This document shows, in pieces, positions 12,101 to 25,607 of a stretch of DNA of 64,000 nt. Under the pieces are notes generated by a model that ran no database searches, was not told the DNA's origin, and saw only the letters and a program-made list of their open reading frames with translations. Location of the stretch: NCBI GenBank assembly GCA_043228905.1, contig JBHGNT010000015.1:6200001-6264000 (forward strand). The letters are read 5' to 3'. A program made the position numbers and the translations under genes. This DNA is from Azolla caroliniana (taxonomy: Eukaryota; Plantae; Polypodiophyta). The first letter of the stretch is position 1; the number at the start of each line of letters is the position of its first letter.

Positions 12101-15100
12101 CCAGCATACAATGCCTTATACACCGCGGCAAATTGGTGTATGATTAAAAGTTAGGAATTGCCACACTGTTTTTGGCTTGACACAGTTATATGTGCTGGCT
12201 ATGTTCTTAATAGGTGTCCTACAAGAGCATAACATACTTGCGCTCCTTTTGAGGCACGGCATGGCCAAAATCCATTTGTTGATCATTTGCATGTTTTTGG
12301 ATATTTAGAACATGCTTTGGTTCCTGAAAAACAACACAAGAAACTGGATGACAGCTGTAAAATGCATTTTGGTGGTTATATTTTCGAAACTAACGGTTAT
12401 CATTTATATCATCCTGAAACCAGACGAACTCTTATTAGTGATGATGTTTTGTGGAAGATGCAGTTCAGCCCTGCTTTCACATACTAAGGAGTCATCTAGT
12501 GACTCCCAACATATTTATGACACTTTGTGGCCTCTTTTCAGTGACAGTAACTAGGGTGTAGCAATTTCTTCTCATAACCAGGTTTCAAATGATGATGTTG
12601 AATATTCTATTTCTGATGCTGATATGCAAAATGCAATTGAAGAAGAGCAAATAGATAAGAGGGAAATTTTTTGCCCAAATGGCTGGTGCAGACTTGGAAA
12701 GACAGCAAGTTAGAAACATTCTTGTCAACTCGAATTTGTTCATGCTCTCATCGTGCCTCTTTTGCATCAGATTGTTATGCTATGCTGTCCCTAGTCGTTG
12801 TGAGAATGAGACTGTTTCTTTTAATGACACTTAGAATTCAAAAAATCCAATGACCGCTATACAATCAGAATATGGTGTTACTATCAAGAATGGCACTTGG
12901 TCTACAAGCTAAAGTGAAAGCCTGATGGAACAATTGATAGGCATATAGTTAAAATTGAGGCAAAAGGTTATATTCAAAAGAAGGGGCATTGATTTTGATG
13001 AAACCTTTACTCCCAAATGCCATCATCGTTGAGATAATGTACATCAGCTGAACACTAAAACTGCATTTCTACATGGTGATCTATGTGAAGAAGTGTATGT
13101 ATCTCAGCCCACTGTTTTGTGCAAGAAGGGCATGAAAACAAAGTATACCGGAAGCCTAAGAAATTGTATGGATTGAAGCAAGCACCACGTGCTTGGTATG
13201 AAAAGATACATGCCAATTTGATAGCACATGGATTTGAGAATAGTCCAAATGAGCAGTTTATGGTTTGGTTTCAAGTATTAGTAAGTGGTCTGGTTTCAGT
13301 TCTAAACTGGGTTTAGAGGTTTAGTGGTTTAAAGGTTTAAGTGACCCAGTTTAATGGTTTGTTGGTCTTTTGTTTTGTACTTTAATTTTTTGTTTCCTTA
13401 ATGGCTTAATTATTTAATGGTTTTTTTGCTTAATGATTTCATTAATTAAACTTAAATGTTTTTTAAATTTAATACTTTTCTCCCTTTTTGAAATATGTGC
13501 TCTTCTTCCTTTTTGTAATTCATTTTTCCTCTTCTCGGCTGCCTGAGTGCTTCGTCAGCAATAAACAGCAGTGACAAACATATTATTCTTCCAATTCCAA
13601 TGGTAGATGACAACGCACAAAGACTGGAGGACTTAACTACAGTGCAGCGTGACCTGTGTTCCACAATTATCTAGTTAAAACCTTGGTACATATGGAAGGC
13701 TCCCTTCGCAGAGATTGGTACATATGAACATTTCCTGATTCAGAGATTCTCTATGCGATAGAAGCTTGGGGCCTTGTTCTATATTTTACTATGCAGCACA
13801 AATAGGGTTTTCGGTTAAAATTAAAGAGAAAAACAACATGCAATCTAGAAGTCATATATTACCTGAGCAACAAGGTCTAATTCTGTGAATAGCAAAGCTT
13901 TTCGAGCATCCGGCACATGACTCCCCAAAAGACGCTTGAGATCTGAAAATTTAAGGAATAACATATATTTTCATTATAATTTCTGTCACCTATGCCAGAG
14001 TTCCAAGGTATGAATATATAGAATCGAAGCACAGTCACACCTGGTATAAGTGTATGAAACAAGCTGATGGTCTGACTTGCTAAAGACAAGTGTTTTGCAG
14101 TTACCGATTTCAAACCCGAAACCTGTTAATGCCACAGAAGCCAAGAGACAGAAAATGAAGAGATATAACTGAATAAGACAGACAAAAACTTCTGATTAGA
14201 ATCATTATGAGAACCTATTCTCATATATAGAAAAAGGACATTAGGTATCATGTAGGGATAATACATCTTGATTCCTGGCATCCAAATTAATAAAAATTCA
14301 TCTCTCTCTCTTCTAAAAGACGATAATGGCCTACGAAACCTACCAAATATTACAACTATTATCTTAACTCATCAACATGAGTAATAAACGGAGAACGACA
14401 GAAGGTTATCTTAAGGTTCGTGGAAGGCCGAAGTCGACCCCTATGGGACCAAGCCACTGCATCTATGATCTACATTACAGTTTGGGGGTGTACCAAATGG
14501 CACAATATTATATATTAACACCTTCAAAAGACCAAAGTAACCCATGAAACCAAAAGTTAAATTTATCTGAATTTTATACAATGCCAAATCCCAATTTTAT
14601 TCTTCTAATAGACCATAATGGCCGAGGAAACCTACCAAATATTACAGCTATTATGTTAACTCGTCAATGCAAGTAATAAAAGGAGAAAGGCAGAAGGCTA
14701 TATTAAGGGATGTGGGAGGCCAAGTTGATTTATGGGGCCAAGCCACTGTATCTCTGATTTACATTATAGTTCAGAGGTGTACCAGATAGTGCAAAGTCTT
14801 ATATTAACATCTTCAAAAAGACCTATGAAACAAAGGCCTCAGGATTGATCCAAGGAGCAAACAGCAATACAGAATCTGAAGATGAGCTTCCAAAAGAATT
14901 GCAAGCAAACATGTCAATGTAACAACATCTAGAAATGAAGGGGATAGCAATGAGACTCTGGAAGAAGATTCTCCAGATATGATTTAAAGAAGTCAGACAT
15001 AGAGAAAAACAGCAATCACGGACAGTCCAAATTTGTGATATGTTATTTGAAAGAGGAGACTTTTCATTTGCAATGAAGTGAAAGCTAGACAAATATTTGA

Positions 15101-18100
15101 ATCAGAGCAAACCAAAGTATGAAAGAGCAGGGGTAAAATCAGAAAAGGGGATTGAATGCAAGTGCAACCAAAGAGTAAATTAAACATCTTGGTGGACAGA
15201 GCCCTTACAATTTAAAAGGCAGCAATGTGAACTAAGAAATAAGCAAGTGGATGCATAGCCAATAATAAGCACAGGATGACAAAATGATAGTCATAGAAAT
15301 AATGCCAGCAGTTTATGCCAATTTCAGCAACTAAAACCTCAAATAGAGCTGCCAAGGTATTCTTCAATGAATATTACAGAAAAGAGAGCAAATCAACTAT
15401 CAAACTTGTGCAGAATTCAGCATTCTGAAATGACCCTACATTCTCTCTAAAGGGAACCTGATTTTAAGATTTAAAGGGAAAAAACCACAAATATGGGGAG
15501 ACATTCACAACATTAAGCAAACCAAAGCCTATGTTGTCTCCCATGTCGATGAATGAAGATTCTTTGTTCATTTCAAAATTAATATTTCTTCTAGAAGTTC
15601 CATAAAAACTAGCTTGAGAAATTCGACTTAGGAAACTTCAATCGAACTTCCTCACATGCTTTTCATGTTATAGATGCTCTTATATATGTAGCCCAAATCC
15701 AAACAATGATTAACAATGATTACCTATAGAAGGCCAAACTAACCCATGTTCAAGAATCACAATGAAAGAATAAAAAAGTAACACAGAGCTATAGTAAAGT
15801 AGCAATAAAGAATGGCAGAACCTGCATGGCACCTGCACCCAATACAAGCTGGCATGTACGTGCATTGAATATTTTCAATAGTTCAGCAACTCTGTGTACA
15901 ACTTCAGATGCTAAGCTTGGAAGTGCGTCACTGATATGAACATACTCAGAAACCATCTTCAGCAATATGAGACCACTGTAGAAACAAACAAAAGCATAAC
16001 CTCAGCAAAATGCAGCAACCTACGTAGTTCATCATTATCGAACTTATTAATGGATCACCTGTTAACAGTGTGGAATTTCATGCCCCGTACTTCAAGTGTC
16101 TTAACAGTTAGCTTATCCCTACTCTTTTTGCTCTTGGAAGAAGCACTGGTGGTTGACATGTCCTCTGTCTGTCCACTGAAACTGCTTTTGGCAGTTTTAG
16201 ACTCGACTCCATTTGCTATAACACCATCAACTTCTTGATAAGAAGCTTGAAAACTTGTAGGATCACCAGATATTGCCCCTGGTGACCCTTCAAATTTCCC
16301 TGCATCTCCTGGATTCCTCTGCTTTTCCATAACCTCAGAAGGAATAGAGTCGAGTCCCTTGATTCCAGTCATGGTTTCAGAGGACCCTCTCGTTTCTGCA
16401 TTTGATATTTTACCAATAGAAGCCTCAGAGGTCAAAGAGTATTCTATATCTTCGGTTTCCTGTCTTCCCAAGTTGCCATTATTAACAACTTGTTCATGGG
16501 TAAATGTATCCACAATCGCCTGAAACTCATCCGGTGGATCAACACTAACCCATGTCTCTTGATCTAGCACAGCAGTTATTTTTGACATCTGTGCCATGTA
16601 ATCATGACCTTAGCTTACACTCTGAGTAGCGTAACTATGTGATATGTATACTCACCCTTATGCTATGCTGGACATCCACAAAAGCCTTTGATTGAGAATG
16701 CAGTGTCCCTCGTATACTTGAAGCATATCGACCCCCTATCTATAGTCCAGAAAAGAAACTTTAATAGGCCTTAGACAACCACACATACAAAGGAATATAT
16801 TGATCTAATAAAAATACGTAATTGAATGTTTATATACCTTTTCAGTGGCCAGCATGAAAACCTGTGTAATGCTATGAATACTGACAAACTCTCGTAATCG
16901 AAGTTTTGGATGAATTACAGCCCGCACACCTAATAATTTAGCCCACCTCTCATGGGCGGCGTGACAAGCTGAACATACAGCCTCTGTATTCTCAAGAAGA
17001 ACATCTGCCCTGAAGCACAAAAAGGTCTTTTAGAAGTCACTAAGAGAAGCTTCATCTATCGGCATGTTCTTATATTGACATACAAAAGATATAGCAGTTG
17101 CACCATTTTCCCTACTTCAAAAAAGTGCAAATTTAAATTCTGCACATGGTACACCTTAAAATATGTATGATGAGGTGAAGAGTGGGATTCTTCAAAGAGT
17201 GTAAATTTAGTTATTCTTGATTTCAAAATTCTCATAATATAGTGTCATAATGGCTAAAAATCCAAAACAAAACAAACAGCATTATCACTATGGCAATATT
17301 GACCAAAACTTCATAGCTATTGAAATATATCCTGTTGGATCCTTGAAGACTACCGAGATAATATTGAGGATAATATGATTATCAAAAGTCCTGATTCTAA
17401 GTGTACAAAGCAGGCTGCTCTAACTCAGAGGATGAATTCTCTTACATGCAGTTTCTTCAAATCTGAAATCTGGGCATATGCACAGCCTATAATCTTAAAT
17501 TCCATAGACCAATCACCTGAATATAGTAGATTGGGCTAGGTTTGAGGAATTTTTTAGTCATTCACACATGCTTTTATTCAGCAGATATGAGGTATATTTA
17601 GATACTTAAATACATCTATTGTGTATTGTCATACTTCGTTGATGTATGTATAAATGAGAACCACCTGAAATTTCTTGAGATTGAAGTGGGACTGGGTGCT
17701 TCTAAACCCTTTGTTATGGATGCTCCATAGGTACCACTAGACCTCTCATGTTGCAATTGAAATGCTCGCTGCAACTGATCAGCTTGAGCAGCCTCAGCTG
17801 CAGCTGCAGCCGCTGCACCAGAAGCAAAAGCAGCTGCCACAGCAGCCTCAGCATAGCTTCCTTGAAGACCTTCAATAATCTGTTCAATAATTCTCCGAAT
17901 CTCTGCTGCACGTATTAGACGAACCTGCAGAATTAAAATTTATGGATTAGAGCATTTCATGTTACTCAGTGTCATTCTAAAATATCGTGACAAGATATCC
18001 TTGAAGTTTCTGAGTGCAAACACATGTAAACATCTCTAATTACCTACAAGTCCCTGTGACCAAAATCAGGAAAAGAGGATTTGGCCATCATTCTAGCATT

Positions 18101-21100
18101 TCAGCTACATAAGAAACAAAATTATAAAAACGCTGTGACGCCCACCTGTATCACATCAAAAACTCCAGCAAGAAGCTCCACAAAGCTTTCCGCTGTCAAG
18201 CCCCGTAACTTGCTTGCAAGGGATATGCCTCCACCTGCATAATGCATCGCATGAAAATGATTTGCATAAATGAAAAGAAAATGAAATTATAGCCTTGCAT
18301 GCATATCTACTTTCAAAATCATTCGATCTCTCATTTGGTTGTGTCTCTGTATCAATTGGCCTCGATATTAGAACAGAAAGCAATTCTGCAACGACTACTT
18401 TGATGGCAGCTTTGATGTCTGTTATCAGTGTGTCACGGTAAATTCTCAACACAGCTGGAAGTTTTGACTGCAGATAAAATCAAAAAAATTCAATTTACAC
18501 CATTTTATGCACTATTAATTTTTTTGCAATACATGCATTAAATCAGAAACAATTTGATTTTTACCGTTCGTAGAAGACCAATGACAAGGGGAAGAAGCTG
18601 CTCTCGGAGACCACTATCAGCCTCTTCTTTCTCTTTGTTATCCTATAATATAGAAGAGAAAGATAATGTGGGGCTAGAGATGTGCTTGTACATAGGAACG
18701 CTTCTAAGCAGCGACACTATTCAATGGTACCGATTAGAAAATCAGACATTACACATCTTATACCTCAATGGAAAAATCTTCCTTAGCATTCAGAATGCAT
18801 GAAATATCTCTCTTCTTGAACTTCGCAATAATTGTAGAGGCATCGAGGTCCTTGGTATCATGAATTGTAACTCTCACAAAGTCAGCTGCAAGCATGCTGG
18901 AGCAGTTTGTAAAAACTGAGCATTAGCACAATGCCAAACCCATCATTTGCATAACACTTAAAATAATCAAAATCTGAAATGGAGAAAATCATAGACCTAT
19001 TCACAGACTCCAAAAAAAGTGTAAGTCGATCACCAAGATGGCGAAAAGAATGAAAACCAACAAGCTCACCACTTTCCTGTGAAAACAAGAAAATGAGTTA
19101 AATCTCTTTCCAGAATCTCATTAATAGCATTAGTTACACAAAAAACCTAGAATCGACTTCCACTCTGAAATTATGTAAGCAAGTAACTTCTAAAGATTGC
19201 TATACAAGATCTTGCAGGCTTTTGGCTCAATTTGATTGATACCACATGCAATCTGATTAATAAGCAAAAGCATATAGCAAGTATTGAGTGTATATACAGG
19301 TTTGACTGATTTTTCACCCATCAGACAACAGGATTTTCCTGAAATCAAGGCCCTAGCCTTCCATGGCCATTGGTCTTTTCGTGCAAAAGCTCAAAAGTTT
19401 GTCATTTACTGGTGTACCCAGTGCATCAGATGAAGGATGCACTACTCAAAAGTTTGAAGGACGGTCAATTGAGGACTACACAAATGGATTCCCAACCTGG
19501 ACATCACAAAGAGATTACAATAGATCAGGCAATAATAATTTGTCGTGCACGTAGCCCCTGGCCTCGTGGACCACGATCTCACTACCCTATCAACAGATAA
19601 AGGCCATTATCTCCTGCCATTGCAAGTGCTTCCCCTATATTTGTTTGTACCGGTGAGGTCCCCTTTCTTGGGGATCACCAATGTTTTCTTGAGGAAATCA
19701 ATGCACTCTTGCTGTGAATGGGTTTAAAGAATCTTATCAGTGACTACAATGAGGTCATTTTCCTATATTTGTTTGTACTGGTGAAATTCCCTTTCTTGGG
19801 GATTGCACTTTTGCAATGAAGCGTATCTTGCCAACACGTAAGAAATATATCTATTCAGTCCTAGTCCCCTTATCTAGTGTCAGTAACTTGAAGAACTCAT
19901 ATGGAACCAAGTGTGAGAAAAGTATTCCATGGGTTTTGGTGGTGTTGTGAGCATCCCAACAGGTGAGCACTCTCATTAGGAAGGCAGCAACAGCAAGCAA
20001 GGAGTTTTTTGAAATGAGAGAGTGTCTTTTCATGAAGAGTTACGTGCATAGGTTCTCAATGTGAGTATAGTCAGAAATTAAATGAAGACATGGAATTCAG
20101 ATTTCACAGTAATTCTCCTTTAGTTTCTCAAAAGTTGCCCACATTCCTCTATGGCCTGCCCAAGGACTCTCATGGAATTAGAGTGTGAACCTCTCAATCC
20201 CAAACGGACTATTTCACATCAGAGTATGATGGAGCAATACTGATTGCCATTGAGGTTCTTTGATACATTCTTGGGATTTCGAGCTTTCTTGAGTTCACAA
20301 AATAAGTCTAACATAGTCAAGCAGATTTGAAATATCAAAGTTCTAGATCTTCATTGTGGTTTTCAGATGTATAGAATCTGGATAATTTAAACTGATTTAA
20401 ATTTTAAGTTTTCACTGACCAAAAGATTCTGCATGGCATCTATCACATCCAATGCACCTCCACAATCTGCTGAAGCAACAAGCTGTGACAAGAAAGAGAA
20501 ACTTCATCATTTCTCAATGTTTTTCATTAAGAAATTTATAGCATTATATACTCTACTCAAACTCACCGACGGAAGATCTCCAAGAGCTTGATTAACATAG
20601 GACATGAGATTAAGCTTCCTATGCAATGAGAGTAAGCTTTCACGTTGCCCACTAAGAAGTTGAATGCGTTGTGCAGATTCCACTACATGCACTTCTGCCA
20701 ACTGAACTACCGCTTTCAATTGTTGGATTTGTTCACATGCCCTAATAATCTCGGAATTCAAATCTTCTAGCTGTCCTTGTGCTTCATAAAAAGACTCTGA
20801 GCGAGCCTCGATCTCTCGCACAAGATGCATCTCAATTATATCTAAATAGTGGGAAAGCTTCTCTTGCAGAATCATATTCTCGGCTATCGACGAGTATGGA
20901 CATGCTGCCTGAAACGTCGATCCATCTTCCAACGCAAAATCCTCCTTAAAATATAGTTGTGGAATTTCTCGAAGGCAAGCTACAAGACCTTCTCCATGAG
21001 TTATACCCTCTCCAGCGTCGATATCCTTCAGGCTTCCTTCTTGACTAATGATTTTCTCCCAGTTAGAATGCTCCATCACATCAGCAAAGCGGCCATACGA

Positions 21101-21799
21101 ATCTGAAATCGTATCAAGATACTTGAGAAAATCAGTTCTGGTGATCTCAGGAGCAGATCTGAGTGGTACAGATGATGGTAAGGAATCTTGAACATCAGCT
21201 GTTGAGGAAAAAAACCAGCCTCCCCAAGAAGAAGAATCTGACCCATAAACACCTGTCTTTCCTATGTGTGGATTATTGAGTATGGATGCCAGGCTTTGGC
21301 CAGCACTATAGACCTCGGGATCAAGATGATCTGAGCCTGAAGATCTGATCTGAAATGAAGGCGTGTTAGCCATGTCTGAAAAAATTCTATTCCTCTGAGA
21401 CGATGGTGTGTTGGGCATATCCGAAGAAATTCTCCTCTGCAATGAGGCCATGTCTGAGGATCTGTTCTGAAATGGAGATGTGTTGGCCACATCAGAAGAC
21501 TTGTTCTGGAACGAAGAAGATGTAGTCACATCGAAGGACCTGTTCTGGTTAAATGAAGATAACTTGGTCGTATCTGAAGATCTGTTCAGATTAAACGAAG
21601 ATGTGGACACATCTGACGGGCTCTTCTGATTGAACGAAGACATGGCTAAATCTGAAGTTCTGCTAGATGTGGCCATGTCTGCATTCTTAGCTCGGCTAGA
21701 AGGAGAGATCAAATCTGCATTACGATTCCTTTCTGAGGTAGAGCTGGAGTTTTGTTTCCTCTCAGAAGGAAGCATTCTACCCGAAGAAGGAGCATCCAC
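8998..21799 (-). CDS. VPS54: Vacuolar protein sorting-associated protein 54 (GARP tethering complex subunit); 18 coding exons, ~1206-1214 aa
   Basis: GT-AG exons join in phase: 21799(or ATG 21775)-20567, 20482-20420, 19076-18997, 18896-18764, 18642-18565, 18467-18311, 18234-18146, 17924-17665, 17009-16838, 16739-16656, 16588-16059, 15975-15822, 14122-14041, 13942-13863, 9734-9573, 9465-9398, 9299-9219, 9136-8998 (total 3645 nt). Plant VPS54 motifs: QSLASILNNPH, LVACLREIPQLYFKEDFALEDG, LQEKLSHYLD, LDQETW, FNARTCQLVLGAGAMQVSGLKSVTAKHLSLASQ, DYKVHRDEIHLKLVQIM. Confidence 0.95.
9573..9734 (-). CDS. VPS54: VPS54 coding exon 15
   Basis: DYKVHRDEIHLKLVQIMKERL...FARAVTK. Confidence 0.9.
10330..13250 (+). 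mobile_element. Highly degenerate, 3'-truncated Ty1/copia element inside VPS54 intron 14 (antisense to the gene)
   Basis: PBS-like TGGTGTCAGAGC at ~10785; integrase tail HVFGYLEHALVPEKQHKKLD (12287); RT LYGLKQAPRAWYEKI (13119-13250). Left boundary approximate. Confidence 0.75.
14280..14840. repeat. Diverged ~290-bp tandem duplication in VPS54 intron 12
   Basis: ataatggcc..gaaacctaccaaatattaca..ccaagccactg..tatattaaca.cttcaaaa occurs from ~14324 and from ~14614. Confidence 0.8.
16059..16588 (-). CDS. VPS54: VPS54 coding exon 11
   Basis: MSKITAVLDQETWV...KFHTVN; CACAG acceptor, GTGA donor. Confidence 0.9.
17665..17924 (-). CDS. VPS54: VPS54 coding exon 8 (Ala-rich)
   Basis: VRLIRAAEI...AAAAAAEAAQ...SRNFR between CTGCAG acceptor and GTGG donor. 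Confidence 0.9.
20567..21799 (-). CDS. VPS54: VPS54 coding exon 1 (411 codons from GTG; first ATG at 21775)
   Basis: ORF 20507..21799; donor TCG/GTGAGT at 20566; start codon uncertain. Confidence 0.9.
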
Positions 21800-21825
21800 A
21801 GCTCACAGTATTCTCTTTTCTCTTT

Positions 21826-22013
21826 CTATGAATCGTTCTCTTCGATCAATGGTGGATTACACTGAGCCTGCAGATGACAAGGGCATAACATTGAGAGCTC
21901 AGAGAAGGCACAGATCTTGAAGCTACAAGAAGGAGCTCATCATGATTTCTTACCGTGAGGAGGAGGAGGAGGAGGAGAGGGAGAAGCAGGCGTGGGGCTG
22001 ATGGAGACGCCAT
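21826..22013 (-). other. Putative spliced upstream ORF / 5'UTR intron of VPS54 (intron 21953-21868)
   Basis: ACG/GTAAGA donor and TGCAG/G acceptor define an 86-nt intron; the ATG at 22013 gives MASPSAPRLLLPLLLLLLLTAQCNPPLIEENDS*. Confidence 0.45.
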
Positions 22014-22120
22014 AGTTCTCTCCTTCGACAAGAAGAAGAAGAAGAAGAAGAAGAAGAGCTCATAGATCAGCTCCGTCTTTATGTAGGTTCATTTACATAC
22101 GGCGAGGGAGAAAGGCATAT

Positions 22121-22190
22121 AGTAGCCATAGCCATTGCCATAGCCATAGATAGCCATAGATAGCCATTGATTGCCATAGATAGCCATGGT
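22121..22190. repeat. TAGCCA/TAGATAGCCA short tandem repeat in the VPS54 promoter region
   Basis: agtagccatagccattgccatagccatagatagccatagatagccattgattgccatagatagccat. Confidence 0.8.
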
Positions 22191-22710
22191 ATGATGATTC
22201 CATGGCCAATACATTGCCTCTCGATCGGTCAGTCGGTTGGGACTCAATCGGCCGGCCAGCCATTACACGACCTGGCATTCTCCATAGATACATTATTGCG
22301 TGGGATACTGAACGTGCCCTCCACCAGTTAGCTGTTGTGGAGTCGTCTAATCTTGATTGCATTACCTCCTAAGTATGTAGTTTTGTTGGCCGTTGGCTGT
22401 TGGGCATATTGGGCACCCAATGTCAGCTCTCTCTCTCTCTCTCTCTACATGATGGCTTCCGTGACAATGCCACTTGTTGTACCATAGTTTGATCGACCTT
22501 TGGGGAGGGTGGTGCCACTACAATTTGACATCACTCGGCATGCACATCGATGTCTTCGAAAATTGTTAATTTGGTTTGTCCCATGGCCATTTGTCGTCAT
22601 CTTGGACCACGAGACATCAACAATCTGCAAATCAGCAAGCACCATGCATGCTATAATACTGAATATTCGATGGATGGAAGTTTTTAGTTGGTTATTTGAT
22701 TGATGCCATT

Positions 22711-22892
22711 TGTTGAGAATAGAACTCAACTTCCCATAGAGATGGTGTTGAAACTAGCCAGTGGACATCATACTAGGCTAGTTTTTGTAATTAGTAGAAA
22801 CGACACTTGCCCTAAACTAGTTGGTATTTAAACCAACTACTTGTAACTTAGTTGTTGTTGGATGTAATCATTCTCTTTCTATACAGCTTATT

Positions 22893-22931
<39 letters not shown>

Positions 22932-22982
22932 TTGCCTTACGTGCACTCACACACACACACACAACGTCTCTCATTCTTTACA
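22711..22982 (+). mobile_element. Solo LTR upstream of VPS54
   Basis: TGTTGAGAATAGAACTCAACTT...TTCTTTACA with TSD CCATT at 22706-22710 and 22983-22987; termini match the solo LTR at 4735. Confidence 0.82.
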
Positions 22983-25039
22983 CCATTGTAGCAATTGCTA
23001 TGGACATAGGATATCCATACCTTGATAGAAATAGTCGTTGCCATGTTCTTTTTGAGATTCAATGTCGTGACGCTTGCACATCCGAAACAATGTTAATCAT
23101 TCTAATAGGTTAAGAATATATACAGAAGATGCCACATACCACACATAGTTTTTTGCAACACATGTTTATCGATGCATAAATAGATAGTATTTTGGAGTTG
23201 TCATTCAAATTTTCTCTTTACGTACACATCAACTTTTAATAACAATGTTACTCATAGTAGGTTTTGCCAATCAAATCATTGTAACATACCAATATTTTGA
23301 TACTTTAATTGGTAGAAGATTGCCATATTAGCAATTTTGTCTCCGTTCGCCAACACAAAATAAATTAAGTGAACCCATGACCATGTTTGGCAAAGGATTG
23401 AATGTCAACATCTTGATTTTTTCTCGGTGAGTTGATATCCATCAGCATCATGAATAAATAGATGAAACATGGATTTGCAATGTCATCCAACCACACCAAA
23501 TTACACGACATTTAGAAAGCTTCTAATTTGTCAACATGAAATGTCATTTACATTTTCATAGCCAATCAACAATCATGGACGGGAATAACAATATGGCATA
23601 ATGAAGCACCTGTTTTGATCATGCAATGGTTGATAATCTATTAATATGCCTATTCCTTAATGCATTTTCTCCATCCAGTTTTATCCATGATGGGTGGCTA
23701 CACTCAAAACACATCAACTGATCAATCCCTTCTGCAAATTTGACAATTCAAAATGGATAATCTCGACAAGTATCAAAGTCTTTAAACGTCCTGAGAAACC
23801 AAAATTTTCTTGAAGACACATAAAATTAAAATTTTCATGTTAAATATGTTATCTCGAAAGTGTAATGGTTCAAATGAAAAACAATCAATGGGTCTATTGG
23901 TGTTCAATTGAAGTTCTTATTATCATTAGTTTGAGATCATATATGGTAACAAGTTGCTTGTAAATCATATAGATATACAAAACTCATTGCAGAAAACAAG
24001 GGTTGAAAATGAGAGTCACTTCATAAAAAGTATCAACAACAAAAATACCATTTTTTACTCATGCACTTTTGCAATGGACTTTTAAGTTCTCCTTGTAACT
24101 CTATAATATATTTTGGAGCTATGCACTCGATATTGAAGTTTAAATGGTGATCACGAGGATAGAGGTGCATTAACTCCTTCAACTCATAATTACGTTTGTT
24201 TAGGGATCTCGGATGACTACTATCTTAGTTGCATTGTCTAACACATGTTAAGTTCAAACAAATTACCTTTCTACTACATATGCACTTATTAGGGAATGAA
24301 GCTACTCTAGGAATAACTTTGAATTAGCATTGCTACACTTGGAAGGAGTGATCAATCTTTTGCTTGCTCAATATCTTATATTTTTGGTACTTTGACATCA
24401 TCATAACCTTTGGCATTCAATAATATGTATATTGTTATCACATAATATACTTTTAGGATAATTGTTTATATTGCTAGTGGGAAACGTCAAGATGATTGTG
24501 AAAACCCACAAAAAATACTAATCTACAAAGTTGTGCTCAAACCCATTGGAAGAACATTTAAAAATTATAAACAAATTCCAATAATATAAATGGTTTTATG
24601 TCTCCATTAATCGAAAACATACCCAAACTTAGATCAAATCCTCTATTTTATGTCGAAGTTCATTGGTAATTTAGACACAATTTATACTTCTTTGTTCCCA
24701 CATTGAATAAGATTGAATAACTAACATATGTGATTTGTTCCTTGACCCAATAATTTTTAAATAAAATAATTTGAGTTCTTGATCCACTATGGTAGAAAGG
24801 GAAATGTGTTAATGAATACTATTTAACTAACTTCAAATAACTATCTTGATCCTAATGTTATTGCATTAATTGTGTGACTTTCTTCCAATTTTAAATAAAA
24901 TTTGCGGTGAATGGAGATTGTACAATTGTAGCATGATACTTACAAAATACTACATCTTGGGTTCGAAACCCAATTTTTTCACCTCTATTACTCCAGATAG
25001 ATATCTCTTATTTCACTAGATGCCACTGTGGAATGTAAG

Positions 25040-25607
25040 AGTTGAAGCCATGATCACGTGGTCTCTATTCGTCAACCTTACCATCTAAGCTACACCCATA
25101 TGCTGTGTGTGTGTGTGTGTGGTGGCTCACGCTTCACACATTACACTACAAATGTTGCACCTAACTACAAAACCATATTCTTTGTGGAATGGGGAAGCTG
25201 TACACATCAATACATGTTAGAGCACATCTCGATATCTGCCATTCGAACCATTGCTTCCATGCGACTTAGCTCGCACACATTGAGATGTGAGACGGGGCGT
25301 TGGGGCACAAGTGATGAGAGTGATCGACTATGCACACTTTGCCCTAAACAAGTTCGAGAGTCTGAGTATCACACTTTGATACAATGCTTTGCCTTTGATC
25401 ATATTCGACCATGCTTTCCACGTCTCTTCGATCGAGCCCAATCCTTGCAGAATTTCTCTCACAACCACGATGTGCACTCTCGATTGCAACATTCATTGGT
25501 AAAGTTCTTGAACATCGAGAGTTGCTACTGACCTTTATACGCATCACGTGAAATGTAATATTTTTGGTCTCATAGGTCATATTTGACCTCCGAAGACGAT
25601 AATATAA

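Noticed and set aside
22746-22982. Alternative solo-LTR start at 22746
   Set aside because: Its flanks do not form a TSD, whereas a start at 22711 gives CCATT on both sides.
22990-24900. Possible Helitron or other decayed coding remnant
   Set aside because: No Rep/helicase motif or termini could be identified by eye.
25565-25600. Hammerhead ribozyme at the LINE 3' end
   Set aside because: The CUGANGA and GAAA core is absent on both strands; it is a simple hairpin.
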